Below, piece by piece: positions 24,615 to 36,960 of a stretch of DNA of 64,000 nucleotides (position 1 is its first letter; every line of letters begins with the position of its first letter). The stretch lies in NCBI RefSeq assembly GCF_004010195.1, contig NC_057718.1:51293941-51357940 (forward strand), given 5' to 3'. Under the pieces are notes generated by a model. It did not search any database and was not told the origin of the DNA. It saw only the letters and a list, made by a program, of their open reading frames with translations. The position numbers and the translations under genes were made by a program. The DNA comes from Chiloscyllium plagiosum (Eukaryota).

Positions 24615-27530
24615 TATAAACCATCAACTTCCAGAGGTTACGACTGTCTCCCAGTTATCAGCATGAATGCCTGTCACCTTCATGTCTGGATTTCAGTGTC
24701 TTTGTAGTGGAGGTCTGGATACCCAGATGGTTGAGAAGCAGTGGCCAGTTTGTTGGATAGGAGGTCTTTAGTTTCACAGCTGTCATCCAATTGGTGACCG
24801 TGACCGAGCCAGTACAATTGCCATTAGCTTAGCATTTACTGATGCTGATGCAATCAACATGTTCCACAGCTTCTGAGTTGATTAACTTCTTCAGTCAGGA
24901 GATGCTGAGGATATGGCTGAGGAAGCAAAGGTGGAAAATGTCGAGCCTTTATTCCTTCATCGCTCATGTTGCCAGGACTTTACCAATATCGGGAAATATG
25001 CTGAAGGAGAAACTTGGCGGACGTGCAGTTTGGTGCTGTCTGTCAGGTTATTGTTGTTCCATACTCTCTTATTCAACTTGAACATAGCAGCTGCTGAATT
25101 TATTATGTATGGGTTGACTTCAGAAGCAGGTGACAGAGTTTTAGTGATTACGAAGCCTAGAAATGTGAAGCTATCCACAGCCTCCAGTGTCACATTACCA
25201 ACACTGATAATTGACTGCATGACAACATCTATGACATTTGTTTTCCCGATGTTGATGGTTAAAGCCCAATAAAGATATGAGAGGATCTGTCCATTTGCCA
25301 CTGCAGTTGTGCATCAAAATGAAATACTAACATGGCATCATTAGCATGGAGCAACTCTCTGATGTCTGGTGCAGCTTTGTCTTGGATTACAGGTAAGCAA
25401 TGTTGAGCAGTTTTCCGTTTTGTTTGTAAACTCCCTGTATAGATGATCTGAAGACATTTGGCAGCAGCAAAGGAAAATGTGTGAGTGGCAGAACACAACT
25501 CTATTTTCTCCCACTGAAGATCCCAAACACTTTTGATGTTGCTCCATCTTGCCTGATCGCACCCATCATATTGTCATGGAGAGGAGATCATACTGAGTGA
25601 CATCAGCTGAACTTTCTCCAGCAGCTTACCTTGACCAACTTTGCTCACATGGTTGAATGCCTTGTAAAGATTGATGGAGGCAACATATGGAGGTCACTTT
25701 TGTTGACAGCATTTGTCTTCGAGCTGCTAGAGTGAAAGATGATATCAACTGTGGATCTTCAAGTTCAGAAACCTCAGTAAAAAGGTTTGAGATTGAGGGT
25801 GCTGGGATCATCTAAGAAGTGCAGTCTGACAAGGGCAACATAGGTAAATACCTTTCCCACAATGTTTAGCACATAGATACCTTGACAAGTGGTACAATCA
25901 CTGTAGTTACTCTTGTTCTTCAACTGGGTCAAAATCTATGTATCACACACATCTGGAGCACAGTCCCATCTCTTCAACAGAGATAAAGAAGGTGTCCATT
26001 TTCTGCTATAGTTCTAGTTTGTGGTACTTGATGAATTCAAGCTGTATTCATCAGCACATAAAGATTTGCCCAGATATGCTAGTCAATTGCTTTGTTAAAT
26101 TCTTTCGCTGTGGGTTCAATATCCAATTCTTCCTCGGAAAACCTGTTCTCTAGGGGATTTAAAGCTTTTTTTGTGGCAGTGTTCTCCCCTGAGTACAATT
26201 CAAGGTAGTGTTCCACAAATCTCTTTAAGTTTTCATCGCGGTAGATTTTGATCTTCCCTGCCTTTGTTTTCAATGAACACAATTTATTTGCTGAAGGACC
26301 TGTTTTCCTTTTGATCTCATCATACATGCTCCTGATATTCCCTGTTTTGAAGGACATACAGATTCTCTGGGAGAGTTGGGAGCACTGCTTATAATAGACA
26401 TCAACACATTGTCCAGACATTTGTTGGACTTTACGTTGAGAAATTCTTAGTTCATTCAGAATTTTCTTGCTTGGATTTCTCTTGAAATAATTGACAGTGA
26501 ACTGCTTGGTTGCAATGATACTTCCATCGCAGTGATGCTCACCGCAAACCTTTTTCACTCTTGTGTTCCATCTGTTGAGACAGCAATATTGCAGACAATG
26601 TCTTGAAATTTGTTCCAATTTACTTCTGCACACTGCAGGAATGCTGGAGAGTTCCTGTTCAATTGAGTTGTAGAGCTGTTGGGTATTATCTAGGTAGGCA
26701 ATATGGCTGACATTACTATATCGACTATTTCGAATGAAAAACTTTAAGGGTTCCATCTCACCTTAGTGCCTACCAGAGAGTGATTTATACCACAGTCAGC
26801 ACTGTGGCAGGTATGTGTGTTGACAATGCTGTTCAGAGAGTCATGTCTGGTGGTGATCAGATCCAGTTGGTGGCAATGCCTTGATCTTAGGTGTCACCAA
26901 GACAGCGTGTGGCATGATTTGCTTTCAAAGAGAATGTTAGTAACACAAAGCATGTAATAGTCGCAAAGCTTAAGTAGTTTCAGTTCTTATTTACCACTCT
27001 TTAGGCTATGATATCCATGGCAGGAGGGTTATGCCTTAAGGCACACGCCCAGTCCTGCATTGAAATTCCTCAACAAATAAAGATGCTCTTACTTAAGGAT
27101 TCTATTGATTGCATTGTTAAACTACTCACAGAACTGGTATTTCACCTCTAATGGAGAATGATGATTGAGGATAGTTGTGAGGTTAACTGATCCTAATAGG
27201 GTTTTGAGGTGGACAGTGACAACATATTCTGAATCACTTTTACTGGTTTCTACCAGACAATAGTGACTGTGTTATGCTGACAGCCACAAATACTCACACA
27301 GCTCCCGTGAACTCCTCCTCTGTCAAATGAACACGTATGATTTTCCTTCAATGATCCACACAGTGAGTCTTGTTTCTTGACTATCAAGTTCCCCATTGAT
27401 CACAGCTTCTTGTGCACATTATTGACCAACTGCAAGTCATCTGTCAGTGATGTGCACGTCCCTGAACATCCCCAGGTTGCCAATCAATGAGTTGGCATCT
27501 TTTGTTTTGTTTATTTGTTTGCTTGGTTCA
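24615..27530 (-). mobile_element. Near full-length decayed RTE-clade LINE (endonuclease plus RT)
   Basis: ORF 26079-26756 (TGNIRSMYDEIK...RFVEHYLELYS...EPTAKEFNKAID); ORF 24957-25301 (LTINIGKTNV...LEAVDSFTFLG); WCHQLDLI-like and LGNFNA endonuclease remnants near 26.85-27.08 kb. Confidence 0.85.
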
Positions 27531-30500
27531 ATGAATTCTGTCCAGTTGTTCAAAAGAGACTCTAAGCTCCATGTACCTGTTGATTTTTGGGAGTTCATGT
27601 TCACATTTCCTTAAGAAAAGCAGCTGAACTTTTGCAAACAATGTTCAGGTAGTTTAATCAGTTTGATAAGAAGCAGAAGCTTAGATACAATACAGTAGTT
27701 AATTAGACAGAGGGGAAATATAAGAACTGTAACAGTTGTCCCCTTGCCTACCTTCATTTGAAGGTTAATTTGCAATCATTCTAAGAACAAAAATTTCTTA
27801 TTTTCGCAAATGCTGCAATCATAATAGGGCAGTACAGTGCTTTCTTTACATTTGTAGAAGGCTAGTTAAAAACTTGAAACAGTTAAATGAGGTGTGATAC
27901 GACACAGGAAATCCTAAATAGGGAATACGGAAATAATTCAGTTTTAACTATTGAAAAACTATTGAAGCATTTTACGAGGTTGGCAGGCAGCCTGACTTGA
28001 AATTCATGACAGCTGACCAGTAGGATACAATGAGCCCTCTCACCACCAGTGGAGGCACCCCTTCATATTTGTCCTCTGTGCCAATGGATTTCAACATCTC
28101 ACTCATAATGGGCATCCCCAGTATTACTGCTCTGCAAAACTGATACATCCGCTCCAGGGCGCCAGCTGGGTAACAAAAAATGATCAAAATCTGGGGCTGC
28201 TCAAAAATGTCTAAGTCCTCCTCTTGACCTCATGATTGATTCCAAAGGAATACAAAGCAATATGTTTCAGGCTCACAGTTGCTGGAAAAATGCCATATTT
28301 AGATGACAATCTTTTTTGTACTGCACTCCAGTTTGCAGGTTGGGGTTTATTCCCTTAACCTTCAACTCTCCTCAACCATCTCATTCATACCAGGGTGCAT
28401 CCACAAATCTGTCCGCCTGCACGTGTATGTCCAGCAGCTAAACCGTCCGAGTTTCTCCAAAGCTTTATCCTGGGACCACAAAGTGACCTAATTTCCACAA
28501 AAAGGCAGAGCAGAGCCTTTGCTTCTGGACAGTCTGTGTGCTGACAAGGGAAGACCCATGCATTTAACACCCTTTTCTGTATTACCACCATCCAGCAGTT
28601 TCGGTTGAAAGTTCGACGCAAATTAATACACTAATGGGGAAAGCGCACACTCTATTCACCCACACACTGGACACACCACATCAATTTGCTGGTCACCGGT
28701 TATCACATCATTTTATGATAATCTGCATAAATTTTACTTGTGTTTAGCAAAGTCACAATTAATACTAATTTTAATAACTGTTCCCGATCACGTCGTAGAT
28801 TTTAATTGCCATTCATCTGTACTTGAAACTAAATTCCAAAATGGCACTCATTTGAGTCAGAACTCCTGTATACTCTTCAATCTGAAGTTGTGCATCTCAA
28901 AAGAAAGTTGTTATCTCTGAGGGAAAGAAAAATCCATGCACCCGCGGCTGTTATCACAGTAGCTCAATAACAATGTCCTAGGGCTACAATCTCTTTGGAA
29001 ATAATTAAAGTGTAGGCAGTTTCATTGCAAAGTCAACTTCCAACATTTACTTCAAATAAACATACACAATGATGAATGCCATTATTGTAAGGCCATAAGT
29101 TAACACAGAGTAGCATTCAAACTATTGATTCCTGCTTATTAAAAAAAATAGTCAGCATGTTTGACTACAAAATTCATCACATATCTCATTACTAAACTAC
29201 AACATTAATGTCAGAAAAAATAGATCAGCTTCTTAGCTGCAACATATCTTTCCAAAATGTAATAGAACTGATTTCCCAGGATATAGATATGCAATTTCAT
29301 GTGGATAGCCTCAGCTGCCATCTCATGTAAATCAATTTGCTCTCTGGCTATTGAAATTTTTGGCAGAGTTAACTATTCAAACTGCATATCCCATAAAGAT
29401 ACTAACCCTTGCTGGCAACCTCCAGAACTATGCACACGATTAAAAGCTGCCCTATATATCAAATGACATTTTACTGTATTATGAAAAATCTTGGCCTGCA
29501 AATTGTTCATTTATACTTCCAAGTTTTAAACTGCCTAATCTCCTCCACCAACATCTGTGTATGATGTCAGAAGGTCAGTACATTAGTAAACTTTAAGTGA
29601 CACAGTGCACTGTTAAGAGACATACTCATGCCATCATTGCTGATATCAGTGTAAAGATCTCAGACTTCAGCTTACCTCAGATCTCATGCTTCTAGAAGCA
29701 TGCTTGTCTGTTATAACATATTAATTTAATCCATACTTGTCTGTTACAAACTCCTAATTTAATACTAACCCAGAGATTATTTGTCTGAGGAATTAATATT
29801 TGTGCATATTAGCTGTAAATGTCTGTTGGACTTCTGTTAAGTCTATTGTTCCTCAATACTATGATAGCCAGGTCTAGTTTCTTATGTTACGAGGGATAAC
29901 ATAAGCACTGCTGCATCAGGTAAAGTCCTGTACGAGGCAAAACCCATATCAACCGCCCACCCTCAAAAACAGAAATAAAGGTTAAGAAGTCATCCCTGGA
30001 TACAATTGTAAACCTAAATAAGTGAACAGTCTTTGCCACAAAACTGAGAAGGAAACTATGAATGCTATGAAGTTGAAATATTATTTCAGAAATTAGCAAA
30101 TGCCACAACTAACTTTTGGAACATAAACATCTAAGAGTGTAAAAGAGACCAAACAATTCAATTCTATCAGACCTAGAAGCTTGAGAATGGAAATGTTTAC
30201 ATATCATTCTTTTCAAGGTTCTATTCATGCTGCTGTATATTTCTGCTTGTATTGGGGACAGTCCAACAGAATATTACTAATACTGTTTGATTTAGCATAT
30301 CCCGCAAAGCATTTGTGATCGAATGCTCCCAAGTAGAAACTGTGCTCCATTAACTATTTGCTTATTATGGATGAATTAGAAATCTTAAAGGGAGAATCAA
30401 CACAATCTCCAGCATAGATTTTTCGTTGGAAATAGTCACCATTGGTAAAAATCTATGTGAAAATAGGCATTATCTTTAACATTGCAAGACTTAAAAATAG

Positions 30501-30944
30501 AAGAAATAGGAGTAGAGGTAGGCCATCTAGTCCTTATATTCCATCAGGTATTCCATCATTGACTATGGTTATGGTTGATCTTTCATTTCTTACTCCATTT
30601 CTCAATGTGATTATAGGAATCTGAATGGGTTTATATTGAGGAATGCCATAAATAACACCAACTGTATTGATATCTCATGGATTTGCTAGCTGAACAGCTT
30701 AGGATCTTGAGAGAGTGAGACCAAATATCATGGTCTTCCTCAAAGTCTCTGTAACATTGTTTGTCATATCAACATAACCTATGCAATAACTATGTCATGT
30801 GGAGAACAAAGGATTCTGTTAGATGGGTTAGTGGGCCGCTTTCCTCTACCACACGAGACCACGTAGGTCCCTCAGTTCCCTACACTGAACTCCATTATGA
30901 GCAACAGGTCACACAGTATTAAGAGTTGGCATACCAATGCAACA

Positions 30945-31315
30945 CCCACATCCTTTGATTTACTGAGACATCAAAAATCTCCCAATCTTATCTTTGACTG
31001 TATTCCACAATGTAACATCCACGATACTTTTGAGCAGAGAATTCCAAAGATTCATAAACCTCTGAAGAAAGATATATTTCCTCGTCTGTGTCTTAAATAA
31101 TTGACCCTTATCCTGAAGCTTTGTCCCTGTATGCTGGATTCCCCAGCCTGGGGTAACAACCTCCCACTGCTGACCTTATCAAATTTCAATGAACTCACCA
31201 CCCATTCTTCAGAACCGCAATGTGCAGGTTCAATTTATTCAGTCTCTCACCACAGGACAATTCTCTTATCCCAGAAATCAATCAAATGAACCTTCGCTGT
31301 CTCACCTCCAAGGCA
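30945..31315 (-). mobile_element. Old CR1 3' fragment
   Basis: agaattccaaagattcataaacctctgaagaaagatatatttcctc is the reverse of the FFXQRVVNLWNSL region. Confidence 0.7.
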
Positions 31316-32809
31316 GAACACAATGCTTAACAAAGCACGCTCTCTTCAGCTTTGATCCAACAATATGTGGAAATATGTGGCATCCTGGCATTAATACTGT
31401 GCTATGCAAGCATGATGTAGAAACAGGGTACATAATTGGAAATCAGCCAACAGTTGTGGAAACTTTACTGAAACAGACAAAGGTCGAATGCAGTGATAAT
31501 GATTAATACTAACATACATAATTTCCATAATAACATTTCTCATTGGCTGATGAATCAATTATGCAACATTACAAATAAGTCATCACACAAAAGATATTCT
31601 TCAGTACAAAAACATAAGAAACCACATAGTACAGAATATTTTACATGTAGCTATGAAATGTTTCACTTAATTCCTTGATAGACAAATCAATTCACAATGA
31701 GGAATTTAATTGTCATGACATCATATGAATAACACATTCTTGGTGAAGTTTGAGTAATTAACACCACTGTTACATGATGGATCTACAATAGTTCAGACCT
31801 AGGCTGTATCAGGACATAATATACTTAGAAAGTATCTAAACTGACCAAAGTGAGATTTGAAAACATGCTAAAATTTGGATTTCTCTATTAACATGGCTGA
31901 AGCATTGTGTGGGAATGCAGAACAACAAATAATGCCTTTTTAAACGTAATAAAAGTAAGTGCTCCATTCTTATGAGGTGGATTGCCTTATATAAAAAAAA
32001 ATAATGGAATTGCAACAGTGAAGTGCCTCCCAAGTGACATGACCTTAACCATAAATCCCTTTGTAGGTTAATAAATTAGCATTGCTGTCCATCATCAATA
32101 GAATACATGCTGTTCAGCCAGAAACTCAAGCATGCTTCCTAAAACATAGCACAGTGCTGTCACTTCATAGGTCAAATATTCTGTACACTGTCTGTCGCTG
32201 TAAAGTGGTTTCAGCAATTATGCAAAATCTGTAGTGTAACTAAAAGCAAAGTTTGAACTTGAGTTTAAGTGTAATACAGTCTTGCAAAGCAGATACATTC
32301 CACTTTATTTCATATTGATGCATTATGACACAAATACTGAGGCAGCTTTATATTTTGACTCCTTAAGTTTAAAATGTTGTGAATTTTTATCATTTTCAAT
32401 AATAGTCCAACATGAATTCTGCAATGGTATTTATACAAAGAAATGCTTCAAAATGTCATAAATTAGGTACTCTATTGATTGACGAATTTTACTGTCAGTT
32501 AGCCAAAGAAGCAGCAACAAGATGTCATGCTGTGAAAGGTTGATGAAGATTTTCTGAACCAGTAATGATAGAAAGGTCTTTCCAACAATAATTAACAGGA
32601 CAGGGTATTTTTGAAGAAAATGATTTTTTTTTACCCTGGTAGAGTAGGAAGAGATGTATTGGCAAGTGTTTAACTGTAATAGGAAAAACTACAACCATTT
32701 ACAAATGAGGCATTATTTTCTAATTAATACTAAAATTTAGGTTTCGTCAGGCACAAGAAACAATTCAATATACTGCTACTAATCAGTTTTCCAAAAAAAA
32801 GTTGTTTTC

Positions 32810-32985
32810 TGTGAAACAAAAACTGTGAAATGCTGGAAATCTGAAACAAAAAGAGAAATTGCTGGAGAAACTCAACAGTCCAGCAGCATCTGGAGAAAAA
32901 AAAGAGTTAACATCCAATGACCAATCTTCTAAAGCGTTTTCCTCTGCTTTTTCTCCATTGCCAGCAATTCCTATTTTAGTATATT
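32810..32985. mobile_element. Old Penelope-derived short element
   Basis: aaatgctggaaatctgaaacaaaaagagaaattgctggagaaactcaac...cagcatctggaga matches the family at 56513. Confidence 0.6.
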
Positions 32986-33249
32986 TGTGTTTTATACTAG
33001 TCAGCTGTAATCAAAAGAAATGGTGACCATACAGACCAGTTTAAGAGAGGAAACTGGATGCTAGATTATCAGTTGTTTTACCTCTCTAATGAATCCATTA
33101 TATGGTCAATCCTTTGTGCAATGAAATAGTACATATTCCAAAATTAGAACTCATGAAAATGAAACCAGAAGTGCTGAGTGATGATTTTTATATCATTGTC
33201 CAAAGTCAATATTCTTACTATTAAGTATGACTTGTGGGTAGCTTTTTTT

Positions 33250-33740
33250 AATTATTTGTTCATTCATGGGATACTAGCCTTGTTGGCAAGGTCAGAATGC
33301 ACAGCTTATTGCTAATTTTTCTTGAGAAGGTGATGGTGAGCTGTCTTTTTGAGCTATTACATTCCATGTGATGCAAGCATGTCCACTGGTGGTCAATTAG
33401 ATGCTTCAGGAATTGGGCTGGATCATGATAAAGGAATGCTATTATAATTCTAAGTTAGGATGGCATGTAACTTCAAAGGTCTCTTCGAAAGGGCGGTAAT
33501 TGCATGCATTCCTATCCCTCAAACCGATAGCGGTTTCATATTTGGAAGATGCTTCAAAGTAGCCTTAGTGAGTTACTGCAGTGCACCTTGTAGATATTAC
33601 ACAAAGCTGCTACTTGTGTGTCAGTGAGGGGAGGAGTAAACATTTAAGGTGGTGAATGGGGTGCCAATCAGGTGAGCTGCGTGCATTCGGATAATGTTGA
33701 GTTTTTTGAGTGTTGTTTGAGCAGCATTCATCCAGATAAA
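33250..33740 (-). mobile_element. Old LINE 3' end (CR1/L2 group) sharing its tail with the SINE at 1545
   Basis: cattcatgggatactagccttgttggcaaggtcagaatg...cttgagaaggtgatggtgagctgtc; related piece at 57480-57690 in the opposite orientation. Confidence 0.6.
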
Positions 33741-35239
33741 CATTCTAGTACACACACGGAGCTCTTGGTTTAACTAGCAGAATTCGAAATTTCATACGGA
33801 TGCTACAATTAGGCACAAAGTCCCATTTATTCAAAAGAAAATATAACTGGTGTCTGTTCTTGATCACTATTCTCTGATCTCTGTATAAAAAATTCATATA
33901 TGGATGTTGATTGAGACTGTGTTACTTCTAAAGTATAGCAATAGTTTGTTAGGATTTCCGCCTCATACATAAATTATGGATATCAGGATTCGATACTGGA
34001 AGGTAATCTACAACCACGGAACCATACCTTGGCAAGAAATCAATACTTTCAAAGTGTAAAATTAGAAAAGTTGGCAAAATAAAATTCTCCATTTTGTTTT
34101 TCATTTAATTTCATTAGTTTACCTTAAGTACAGAGTCTAAATATGAGTTCTAAACTTAGTGCTAACTTTGATTATGTCTGCATTCCCAAATAAAATCACA
34201 AAGTATTCCAAATAAAATTATTTGGCAATTTGGATTATGAATGTGCCAGCTGGACATCAGTAGATTTTCAGCTTGATTGGTCATCAGAGATGGGAATCTT
34301 CCAGCTACCTGGTGACCAAATTAAATGTCAATCAGCAACATGACATTACACACTCTCTCACGTTGACTTTGTCAGCAGTGAATTAAATATGATCATGTGC
34401 ATAATGATCACTTAAAACATTCTTATCCTGACAGATCCAATTCATATCTTTAATGTCCCACAGGGTCTTCAAGCATCCTGCAGGAAGAGGTGACAACGCT
34501 TTATCAGTTCAGTTGTATACACCTCAGTGGAACCATTATGTTTTTCACCTGATGACTCACACATCATAAGTGAGCAAGAGCAGATGGTGGAGACAGGAGA
34601 AGCAGTGGAGAATCTATATCAGAAGCTACAGGATGCTCTAAGCTCTGTTCGGCTGGAAGCAGATGCTGTATCCCAGGGGCCATTAATGAAGAGGGTCCAT
34701 CTGGAGCAGTAGCAAAGAATGTGCAATGTTTTGGCAGGCAATGTAGCCATACTGTACATATTTGCTGAGAGAGTTGTGAAGCTGTCTCATACATGTGACA
34801 GACTATTGCAGGTAGTTGAAGAAATGTATTCATCCAGAGAATAAATACCCACCTATATGACGAATCAAAAAATCTCATCAATAACTAGAAGACTTTGAAT
34901 GCCACCTTCAATTTTGATAACTGTGCCCTATCACTGGCCATTCATTGTCCAAGTTATGTGCGACAAAATGCTCTCTGGTTCATTGCTATCAGTGAAGTGT
35001 GAGTTGTCCACAAAAAGGAAAATTATGAAAGTGGCTTTCTTGGATTTTCCCCATTTTTGGATTGTTGGTTGCAGGACCAATCGCTTGTGATAAACAGTAA
35101 GGCACTATGCATTTGATAATGAAAATCAATAAAAGGGTGGCTCAGTTGCTTCATGACTACTTTGTGTTTGGCAAACGAAGAGTGTGGATAGGTGAAGGTG
35201 CCTCTTGCGTGTGGCTGTCAGATGAGTGCAATGGCTGTC

Positions 35240-36138
35240 TAATGCAAAGAAGAGTGTAGTCATCTATCTTAGGTGGTAAAAGGAGTGGGTTTACAAAACA
35301 AAGATAAAAGTTTTAAGGGGATACAGAAGCAGGGCTACCTAGGGTGTATTGCAAAAATCACTGAAGGTGAGAAGGTATGTTATGAAAAATGGTTAATAAA
35401 TTATAATGACATCCTGGACTTTAAAAATCAAGGAAGAGATGACAAAATCAGAGAATCTATAATTTATAAAATGCTAGTCTTTTCTTAACTGAAGATTTTG
35501 CATATTTCTGGGCATATTTCTAAAGAGAGTGCAGAATTGATTCGTAATCATGGTTTCAGGGTTGAGGCACTTTACACTACATTGAAAGATATGACAAAAA
35601 ATCAAAAGAACTGCCGATGCCAGAAATCTGACACAAAAACTGCTGAAAATTTGCTGAAAAATCTCAGCATCTGTATAGAGAAATCAGAGTTAACATTTTG
35701 GGTCCAGTAACCCTTCTTCAGAATGAATGGAGAGATGTGAGATGTTTGGGCTGTTCTCCTCAGAGAAGAGGGATTAAGAGGAAGATTTGATTGAGGTGTT
35801 CAAAAACAAGAGGGGCTGGGCAGAGTAGATAGGGAAACCTGTTCCCTTTGACATAGTGTTGAGAACCAGAGGATAATGCTTTAAAGTGATTGACAAAAGA
35901 AGGAACATTGACATGAAGAAAAACTTCTTTATGCAGTAAGTCATTAAGATTTGGAATGATCTGCCTGAAAGGACAGGCAGATTCAAATGAGAGTAAATTG
36001 GATTCTTATCTGAAAAAAAACATGGCAGGTCCACAGGGAAATGATGCAGGAATTGGAGTGAGTTGCTATTGCAGTGAGTAAGCATTGACACAATGGAATA
36101 AATGGTCTATATCCGTGCTGTAACCATTCTATGGTTCC
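35240..36138 (+). mobile_element. Old CR1 3' portion with a nested Penelope-derived piece (~35600-35725)
   Basis: LREDLIEVFK, KNFFMQ*VIKIWNDLP; 3' UTR tgctgtaaccattctatggttc. Confidence 0.75.
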
Positions 36139-36139
36139 G

Positions 36140-36960
36140 TGCCTGCAAACTACACAGTACTGCCTTTTTTGATTTGTGATTGCTCATGTAGTGATGTAAG
36201 GAAGACAACTGTGGTTGAGGGTTACATCTGGTTGATCTGTCTGAATCGCATATGATTACATTAGATTAAATTCTCTATGGTATGGAAACAGGCCCTTCGG
36301 CCCAACAAGTCCACACTGACTCTCCGACGAGTAACCCACCTAGACCCATTCCCCCTACTCTATATTTACCCTGACTATTGCTCCTATCACTATGGGTAAT
36401 TTAGCTTGGCCAGATCACCTGAAGTGCACATCTTTGGATTGTGGGAAGAAACCAGAACACCTGGAGGAAACCCATGCAGACACGGGGAGAATGTGCAAAC
36501 TCCACACAGACAGTTGCCCAAAGTGGGAATCGAACCCAGGTCCCTGGCACTGTGAGGCAGCAGTGCTAACCAGGGAGCCCCTGTGCCACCCCACAGATGA
36601 TGAAGCCTCGTACCTGAGTAGAACCAGCAGAGTTACAAACCCAGGTTAATCTGACTGATGGACAAATTCACATCATTGCCATTCCAGACAGTTAAGTCAC
36701 ATGCACTATATGTTGTAAATTGCTGTCTGGAGAAATCCTTCAATCACCTCTGGCAGAGCCCTGACTGAATTAGGGGTGAAGAAATGGTGACTTTGACTGC
36801 AAGATACAGAAAGTGGATCTCGTTGCAGCACATGGCAAATCCCTGCCATCATCTGATGTGAGAACCTGAGCCTTCTGAAACCCTGGAGTTAAACATGTTA
36901 AGAAAGCTTGTCACCTATCAGTACACTATGTAGTAGATATGGCTTCCTGTGAGATGCCCC
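36140..36960 (-). pseudogene. Second Harbinger transposase fossil (N-terminal half), interrupted by an HE1 SINE
   Basis: Minus strand, across frameshifts: SFLNM...RRLRFSHQMMAGICHVLQRD...AVKVT..FF...GFVT..AGSTQVRGFI. Confidence 0.55.
36254..36591 (-). mobile_element. Full-length HE1-type SINE
   Basis: Reverse complement of 22798-23122 including the B box gggttcgattccc. Confidence 0.92.

Noticed and set aside
28420..28640. Possible third Myb-like fossil
   Set aside because: Only faint similarity (PSFS, FPQKGR)
34527..34712. Helical-looking 61-aa ORF
   Set aside because: No recognisable family and no convincing splice pair; may be transposon debris
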